From: Trueperaceae bacterium
GTDB lineage: Bacteria > Deinococcota > Deinococci > Deinococcales > Trueperaceae
Direction of reading: 5' to 3'
DNA length: 21,326 nt
Assembly: GCA_040905465.1 (NCBI GenBank)
Contig: JBBDRK010000033.1
Location: forward strand, 20,249-41,574
In this document: piece after piece, positions 15,565 to 21,326 of the stretch
Position numbering within the stretch: position 1 is the stretch's first letter
Layout: each line of letters begins with the position of its first letter
The notes under the pieces: model-generated
Databases searched by the model: none
Seen by the model: the letters and a program-made list of their open reading frames with translations, nothing else
Told to the model about the DNA's origin: nothing
Program-made: the position numbers and the translations under genes

Positions 15565-17469
15565 ATGGGGAAGGTGCCGGTTCGCGGGCTGGTCGTGGCA
15601 GTGATAGTCGTGGCCCTGGTGGCGTTCATCGCCAGCCAGAGCGGTCAGCGTGCCCGCGGCGAAGTGCAGCCGTACTCCTACCTCGAACAGCAGATCGAAG
15701 CCGGGCACATCAAGAAAATAACCGTAGAGCAGAACGAGCTCAACGTGACCCCTCACCAGGGGGAGCCGTTCGTCACCTACCTGGCCTCGCCGCCGGCGGA
15801 CCTGTCCAGCTTCTCGCAGCACGGAATCGAGGTCGAGGCGATGCCGCAGGGCCAGAACTGGGGTGGGATACTCATCTATCTGGTGCCGGTGCTGCTCATG
15901 GTCGGCTTCCTCTTCTACCTGATGAGAGGCGCGCGTAACGGCGGCGACGGCGCCGTGTCATTCGGCAAGAGCAAGGCGCGCCTGGTGAGCGAGGAAGGCA
16001 GCACTACGCTCTTCAAGGATGTCGCCGGGGTCGACGAGGCCAAGGACGACCTCACCGAGGTGGTCCAGTTCCTGAAGAATCCCGGCAAGTTCCACGCGCT
16101 GGGAGCACGGATTCCCCACGGCGTGCTGATGGTCGGACCTCCCGGCTCAGGCAAGACTCACCTGGCGAAGGCGGTCGCCGGCGAGGCGAAAGTGCCGTTC
16201 TACAGCATCTCCGGCTCCGACTTCGTCGAGATGTTCGTGGGGGTAGGCGCCGCCAGGGTGCGCGACCTGTTCGAGACGGCCAAGAAGAACGCGCCCTGCA
16301 TCGTTTTCATAGACGAGATCGATGCGGTCGGCCGGCGTCGCGGACTGTCGCTGAACGGCGGCAACGACGAACGCGAGCAGACCCTGAACGCGCTCCTGGT
16401 GGAGATGGACGGTTTTGAGTCGCAGCACGACATCATCCTCATCGCGGCAACCAACCGGCCCGACGTTCTCGACCCCGCGCTTCTGCGCCCGGGCCGCTTC
16501 GACCGTCAGGTCGTGGTCGACGCACCCGATGTTCGGGGTCGTGAAGCGATCCTCCGTATTCACGGGCGCGGGAAGCCGCTGGCGCGCGCGGTCGACCTGC
16601 AACGAGTAGCTCGCCGCACTCCCGGCTTCGTGGGCGCGGACCTCGAAAACCTCCTCAATGAGGCGGCCCTGGTGGCCGCTCGCAACAACCGTCGCGAGAT
16701 CATGCCCGACGACATCGACGAGGCGGCGGACCGCGTGGTCATGGGGCCGGAAAGGCGCTCACGGGTGATCAGCGACCGCGAGAAGCGGATCACCGCCTAC
16801 CACGAGGCCGGTCATGCTCTCACCGCTCACCTGCTCGAGCACACCGATCCGGTCCACAAAATAACCATCGTTCCCCGCGGCCGCGCCATGGGTTATGTGA
16901 TGCAGTTTCCTGAGGAGGACAGGCTATCGATCACCCGAATGGCGCTCCTCGATCGCATCGCCGTTGCACTGGCGGGACGGGCAACCGAGGAGATAGTCTT
17001 CGGAGACGTGACCACCGGGGCGCAGAACGACTTCCAGCAGGCGACCGACATCGCCCGCCGTATGGTGACGCGCTGGGGCATGAGCGAGTCGTTAGGCAAG
17101 ATCGCCCTGTCGACCACGTCCGAGTCTTACCTGGGGGAGTACGAAGGCGCTCGCAACTACAGCGAGGAGACCGCACGAATGGTCGACCTGGAGGTGCGGT
17201 CGATCATGGACGTCCAATATCGCCGGGTTTGCGACCTACTGCAGGAGCGACTGAGCGACCTGGAACGCATCGTGGCGGTTTTGCTGGAACGAGAGACACT
17301 TCACTCCGAGGAGTTCGAAATGCTCCTGCGGGGAGATCCACTGCCCGAACCGGCCGATTCAGAGTCTCCCGAATCGGCGCCGGATCGGCGAACGCAAGGC
17401 GCGAGCAAGAGTGAGGACAAGCCGCAGGAGCCCCGGCTACCGCCGGAAATGATGCCTCGCCCCGGTTGA
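15565..17469 (+). CDS. ftsH: ATP-dependent zinc metalloprotease FtsH
   Basis: Two N-terminal TM segments, Walker A GPPGSGKT, Walker [31 protein letters not shown], zinc motif HEAGH. Confidence 0.98.
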   Translation: MGKVPVRGLVVAVIVVALVAFIASQSGQRARGEVQPYSYLEQQIEAGHIKKITVEQNELNVTPHQGEPFVTYLASPPADLSSFSQHGIEVEAMPQGQNWGGILIYLVPVLLMVGFLFYLMRGARNGGDGAVSFGKSKARLVSEEGSTTLFKDVAGVDEAKDDLTEVVQFLKNPGKFHALGARIPHGVLMVGPPGSGKTHLAKAVAGEAKVPFYSISGSDFVEMFVGVGAARVRDLFETAKKNAPCIVFIDEIDAVGRRRGLSLNGGNDEREQTLNALLVEMDGFESQHDIILIAATNRPDVLDPALLRPGRFDRQVVVDAPDVRGREAILRIHGRGKPLARAVDLQRVARRTPGFVGADLENLLNEAALVAARNNRREIMPDDIDEAADRVVMGPERRSRVISDREKRITAYHEAGHALTAHLLEHTDPVHKITIVPRGRAMGYVMQFPEEDRLSITRMALLDRIAVALAGRATEEIVFGDVTTGAQNDFQQATDIARRMVTRWGMSESLGKIALSTTSESYLGEYEGARNYSEETARMVDLEVRSIMDVQYRRVCDLLQERLSDLERIVAVLLERETLHSEEFEMLLRGDPLPEPADSESPESAPDRRTQGASKSEDKPQEPRLPPEMMPRPG

Positions 17470-17599
17470 GGGCGGTCCGCCGGCTGCACGGCCGGCCGCG
17501 GTATGCCGGCTGAAGCCGAAGCGTCGAGAACTCGGACAAGGGCGCGCCGCAAGCGCGTCCCTGTCGTGGGAAACTTTACCTCCGGGCGCCGGGGTGCGC

Positions 17600-17628
17600 T
17601 GCTAGACTCTCCTCGGCTGTCAAGGAGG
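17600..17628 (+). promoter_or_regulatory. Extended -10 promoter and SD of the pil operon
   Basis: TG-C-TAGACT (17600-17608), then AAGGAGG (17622-17628) before the ATG at 17636. Confidence 0.55.
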
Positions 17629-17635
17629 AAACGTT

Positions 17636-18823
17636 ATGGCCTCATTGCGCGATACATTTTCGCGCCTGCTCAATCCCCGAATCGAAGCGGCCGGACTGGA
17701 AGTGGGCACGAGCGCGCTCAAGGTCGTCGAGCTTCGACCGGGCGGTATTCCCGGACTCTCCGCGGTAGGGATGCGGCAGATGCCGCCAGGGCTCATTCAG
17801 GACGACCAGGTCGTCGATCCCCAGGGCCTGGCGGAGGAGATCAAGGCGCTCTTCGAAGAGGCCGGGGTCAACCGCAACTTCGTGGTTACCGCCGTCAGCA
17901 ACAGGCAGGCGATCACCCGCAACATTCACGTTCCTCGCATGAGCCTGCAGGAGCTCGACGAGGCGATCAAGTGGGAAGCGGAACGCTACATTCCCTTTCC
18001 GATAGACGAAGTGGTCCTCGACTACTACGTTCTCGACAATCCCGACGACGTTGAGGAGGGCGGACAACTCGAGGTGGTCATCGCCGCTGCGCGCATCGAC
18101 CTGATCAGCCAGCAGGTAGACTCCCTCAAATTGGCCGGGCTGGAGCCGCTGGTCATCGACATCAAACCGTTCACGCTGCTGCGCTCGCTGCGTGGTTCAC
18201 TGCTGGGCGATCACCTGACCAAGACCACCCTCTCCGGCACCCAGTACACCGAAGGGGACGAAATCGGCATGGTGCTCGAGATCGCCGCCTCGAACACGAC
18301 GATCACGCTGGTTCGGGGCCAGCGGGTGCTGATGAATCGCAACATCGGTGTTTCCGGTGACGATTTCACAGCCGCCGTGCAGCGCGCCTTTGGACTGGAC
18401 TTCGATACCGCCGAAGAGGTGAAGCTCGATTACGGAACCGCCTCGCTTCCTACGGAGGACGACGAAGAGCTTCTCAATTTCGACGCCAAACGCGAAGAGT
18501 ACAGCCCCTCCCGGGTCTATGAGTCGCTGCGGCCGGTCCTGGTGGATCTCACCACCGAGATTCGGCGTTCGCTCGAGTTCTTCCGCGTCCAGGCGGGCGA
18601 CGCCGACATAAACCGAATGGTCCTCGCCGGCGGAGGCGCCAAGCTGCGCGGCCTGCCCGAAGCGATCGGCGATGCATTGGGATTCCGAGTCGACCTCGCC
18701 AATCCCTGGCTCACCGTGGCCGTGGACGAGAACCGCTTCGACATCGATCATCTCCGCAAGATCGGACCGGAGTTCGCGGTCCCGCTCGGGCTCGCTCTCA
18801 GGGGGGTGAAGGGCATTGATTAA
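17636..18823 (+). CDS. pilM: Type IV pilus assembly protein PilM
   Basis: Actin/FtsA-like motifs GLEVGTSALKVVEL, EAERYIPFPIDEVVLDY, EIRRSLEFF, LAGGGAKLRGL, LGLALRG. Confidence 0.95.
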   Translation: MASLRDTFSRLLNPRIEAAGLEVGTSALKVVELRPGGIPGLSAVGMRQMPPGLIQDDQVVDPQGLAEEIKALFEEAGVNRNFVVTAVSNRQAITRNIHVPRMSLQELDEAIKWEAERYIPFPIDEVVLDYYVLDNPDDVEEGGQLEVVIAAARIDLISQQVDSLKLAGLEPLVIDIKPFTLLRSLRGSLLGDHLTKTTLSGTQYTEGDEIGMVLEIAASNTTITLVRGQRVLMNRNIGVSGDDFTAAVQRAFGLDFDTAEEVKLDYGTASLPTEDDEELLNFDAKREEYSPSRVYESLRPVLVDLTTEIRRSLEFFRVQAGDADINRMVLAGGGAKLRGLPEAIGDALGFRVDLANPWLTVAVDENRFDIDHLRKIGPEFAVPLGLALRGVKGID

Positions 18824-19436
18824 CGTCAACCTCCTTCCGAAGAACCTGCGGCGAGTACAGGAACCCGGGTACTGGAAGCTGCTGGCGGTGCTGTTTCCGC
18901 TGTTGGCGTTCGCCATAGTCTTCACGCTGCAGTTCACCGCCAATCAGACGGTACGAAACCTCGAACACGACGTCCAGCAACTCGAGGACCGCCTCGCCCT
19001 GCTGCAGCCGGCACTGCGCGAGCAGCAGCAGCTCCAGCAGCGCCAGGCGCAGCTTCGGCAGTTGATCAGGGTCTACGAGCAGGTGCGGGCGAACCGAATC
19101 GAATGGTCGAGCGCCATAACGGGCATGCTCGAAAACCTTCCGGCACTGAACGCAGCCGGTAGCAGACAGATCGACTTCCGCTCGCTCAATCTCACTGCGT
19201 CCGTACCTCCGATCAACGATCCCGCCCGCTACGAGGGCCGAACGGTAGTGGCCGAGATGTCAGTCTCCGGGAATACGGTCGACACCGACGTTCTTGCAGA
19301 CTTCATCCGGGCTGTCGAGGACTCCAGCAGTTACGGCGTCGCTTTCCAGCGCACCGACCGCCAGGAGGACCGCGGCATCTACGGGTACAGCCTGGTCGTA
19401 GGCATGTACCAGGGAGATCAGAATGAAGCTCGGTAA
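18816..19436 (+). CDS. pilN: Type IV pilus assembly protein PilN
   Basis: N-terminal INVNLLP motif, TM helix, coiled coil; overlaps the pilM stop; TTG start. Confidence 0.9.
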   Translation: MINVNLLPKNLRRVQEPGYWKLLAVLFPLLAFAIVFTLQFTANQTVRNLEHDVQQLEDRLALLQPALREQQQLQQRQAQLRQLIRVYEQVRANRIEWSSAITGMLENLPALNAAGSRQIDFRSLNLTASVPPINDPARYEGRTVVAEMSVSGNTVDTDVLADFIRAVEDSSSYGVAFQRTDRQEDRGIYGYSLVVGMYQGDQNEAR

Positions 19437-20019
19437 CTTCGACCTGCGCAGCCTCAAGCAACGGGACATCGCGCTCGTCTGCATCGCTCTAACGGTGCTC
19501 GCGGCCGTGCTCTGGTACTTCTACATGTACCGACCCACGCAGGAGCGCGCCCGAGTGCTCGAGACGGACATCACGACGCTGACGGCCCAGGTCAGGCGCG
19601 GCGAAGCCGCACAACAGAACCTGCCGGCCTTGCGCAACGAAGTCGCACAACTCGAACGGGAACGGGAGATCTTCCTGTCCCAGCTCCCGCGCGAGAGCGA
19701 GGTCGCCGCGCTCCTCGACGAGCTGCGGGTGAGCGCAACTGATGCAGGCGTGACGATCAGGAGCATCGGGCAAAGCGGCTCCAACGAGACGATTCAAGAC
19801 GTTCGCCCGCTCGGTTTCAACCTGGCAACCGAGGGCACCTACAGCGAGACGATGTCGTTCCTGCAGGCGCTCGAGGATCTGCAACGCTTCACCAAGATCC
19901 GGCAGGTCGGCCTTACCGTTCAGGACGAGACCGGAGGAGCGGACCCCGATCTCGGCTCGACCTTCGGAGTTACCGTCTACGTTTTCACCGGAAACGACCC
20001 CGGGGACCAACCGCAGTGA
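19423..20019 (+). CDS. pilO: Type IV pilus assembly protein PilO
   Basis: TM helix, coiled coil, LP..SEVAALL, G.Y....FL..LE.L.R pattern; position after pilN. Confidence 0.9.
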   Translation: MKLGNFDLRSLKQRDIALVCIALTVLAAVLWYFYMYRPTQERARVLETDITTLTAQVRRGEAAQQNLPALRNEVAQLEREREIFLSQLPRESEVAALLDELRVSATDAGVTIRSIGQSGSNETIQDVRPLGFNLATEGTYSETMSFLQALEDLQRFTKIRQVGLTVQDETGGADPDLGSTFGVTVYVFTGNDPGDQPQ

Positions 20020-21053
20020 CCCTCTCCCGGACATCGCGCATCATGCTCGGCCTCCTCCTGCTTGCGATTGCCGCATTCCTCTGGGTGAACTTCCTGGTCC
20101 GTGGTCCCGGACTCGATATCGGTCTCCTCCGCGCTGCCTCGGGCGACACGCCTGCCGACGCGCAGGCGTCCCCGGCGCAACCAACCGTCGCCCCCGTACC
20201 CGAGTCGCAGGTTGCTCGGGAACTCGAGATCCTCGAACTGCCGTTCCTCGTTACCGAGCCACCCGCTCAGGCGGACACCGCCGAAGAAGCGGATCAGGCG
20301 GCCGATGACGAAGCGGCACGCGCCGGCGGCGCCAGGCGCGCTACCGTCAATCCCTTCTCGCCGGTCATACCGGCCGGCGGTGCCACGGCAGCAGCTCAAG
20401 CCGAACGTCCGGCAGCTCGGAACGGCGCGACTCGTAACGGAGCGGTAACCGAGGTTCCAGTCCCGGACGGCCCACGAGCGAGCTCGGCCGCGGCCCCCGC
20501 GCCCAAGGCGCCCGCCCCGGCGCCTGTCACTCCCGGGTCCCAGGCAAGCGGCACCCTGCCGCGGGCGTTGCCCGGCGGTACGCTCGGAGGTACTCCCCAG
20601 CTCCTCAGATCCGCCATCGGTGCAACGGACGTCCCCGTGGGTAACGCCGGGCGCCAGGCTGCCGTGCGTGAACCGGAACAGGAAGACACGCAGCTTCAGC
20701 AGGCCGGCGAGGCCTCCCCCACCCGGTCCGAGCCCCAGCCACTCACACGGCCGGTATCGTCCACTGCTCAGGCAGGCCGGACCGGCCGCGAGGCGACGCA
20801 GCCTCCGCTGGCGGCCGGAACGTCGGCACTCAGCCGCTACCTGCGCGACAACAATGTACGCTTCACCGGCTCCGTCATCGGTCCGGTCAGCGTAGGAGTG
20901 TTCCGCTCATCGCTCACGTCCGCGCCGGTGGTGATCTCGCTCGGTCAGGCTCTGCCCGATACGTCGATCGTGCTGACCGACCTGCGCGGGCAGCAGGCTC
21001 AGCTCGGCCTCGGAGATTCGACGCAGACCCTCACCTTGGAACTCAGGCGGTGA
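20016..21053 (+). CDS. pilW: Thermus-type PilW-like pilus/competence protein (TM anchor, long Ala/Pro-rich linker, small C-terminal beta domain)
   Basis: Between pilO and pilQ; NPFSP motif; C-terminal FTGSVIGPVSVGVF..PVVISLGQALP. Confidence 0.65.
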   Translation: MTLSRTSRIMLGLLLLAIAAFLWVNFLVRGPGLDIGLLRAASGDTPADAQASPAQPTVAPVPESQVARELEILELPFLVTEPPAQADTAEEADQAADDEAARAGGARRATVNPFSPVIPAGGATAAAQAERPAARNGATRNGAVTEVPVPDGPRASSAAAPAPKAPAPAPVTPGSQASGTLPRALPGGTLGGTPQLLRSAIGATDVPVGNAGRQAAVREPEQEDTQLQQAGEASPTRSEPQPLTRPVSSTAQAGRTGREATQPPLAAGTSALSRYLRDNNVRFTGSVIGPVSVGVFRSSLTSAPVVISLGQALPDTSIVLTDLRGQQAQLGLGDSTQTLTLELRR

Positions 21054-21055
21054 CC

Positions 21056-21326
21056 ATGTACAAGCATCTCGTCCTCCTCACCATCCTCGCCACCGTCGTT
21101 CTCGGTACGGCGCTCGCCCAACCGGCACCTCTGCCGGCGGACGAGCGATTCGACCAGCGGGTGGAGTTCAAGACTGACAGCGACGGAGAATCGCTCAGCT
21201 CCATGGTCGCCGCCCTTGCGCGCGGGATCGGCCTCACTCCCGTCGTGGAACAGGTTCCTAACACGCCGGTGATCTACGACATCGGCGATCCCAAGCCGTT
21301 CCGACAGGTCTGGGACATCGTCCTCA
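21056..21326 (+). CDS. pilQ: Secretin PilQ, N-terminal fragment (truncated by the window end)
   Basis: Not in the ORF track; reads MYKHLVLLTILATVVLGTALA (signal peptide) ..ERFDQRV..AALARGIGLTP..KPFRQVWDIVL, as expected for a Thermus-type PilQ N-terminus; in-frame GTG at 21050 is an alternative start. Confidence 0.75.
   Translation, partial: MYKHLVLLTILATVVLGTALAQPAPLPADERFDQRVEFKTDSDGESLSSMVAALARGIGLTPVVEQVPNTPVIYDIGDPKPFRQVWDIVL

Noticed and set aside
17479-17496. GC hairpin after ftsH (similar weak hairpins after dnaB and secDF)
   Set aside because: No U-tract, and such stems are expected by chance at this GC content; not called as terminators.

Overview
GC-rich bacterial chromosomal window, most likely Deinococcota (Truepera/Thermus-like). 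This is inferred from the pilMNOWQ gene order, a fused secDF next to infB, a PlsY fusion protein and several apparently leaderless genes. Gene order: hypothetical (-), class V alanine-glyoxylate/serine-pyruvate aminotransferase (-), rimP-nusA-ylxR-infB-small ORF-secDF (+), lipoprotein, rsmE, prmA, PlsY/acyl-reductase-like fusion (all -), dnaB with a 420-aa LAGLIDADG intein, ftsH, pilM-pilN-pilO-pilW-pilQ (partial) (+). The genes are mostly housekeeping, but four elements stand out. (1) A ~112-aa signal-peptide-bearing ORF lies between infB and secDF, probably starting at a CTG that overlaps the infB stop; its last codons can pair with the secDF ribosome-binding site, the layout of a secretion-monitoring arrest peptide but without a known arrest motif. 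(2) A promoter, leaderless 9-codon ORF, antiterminator and terminator precede the aminotransferase. (3) PlsY is fused to an acyl-ACP-reductase-like domain. (4) The intein looks mosaic, with a probable co-conversion tract. All RNA pairings were found by eye; no folding or database searches were run.
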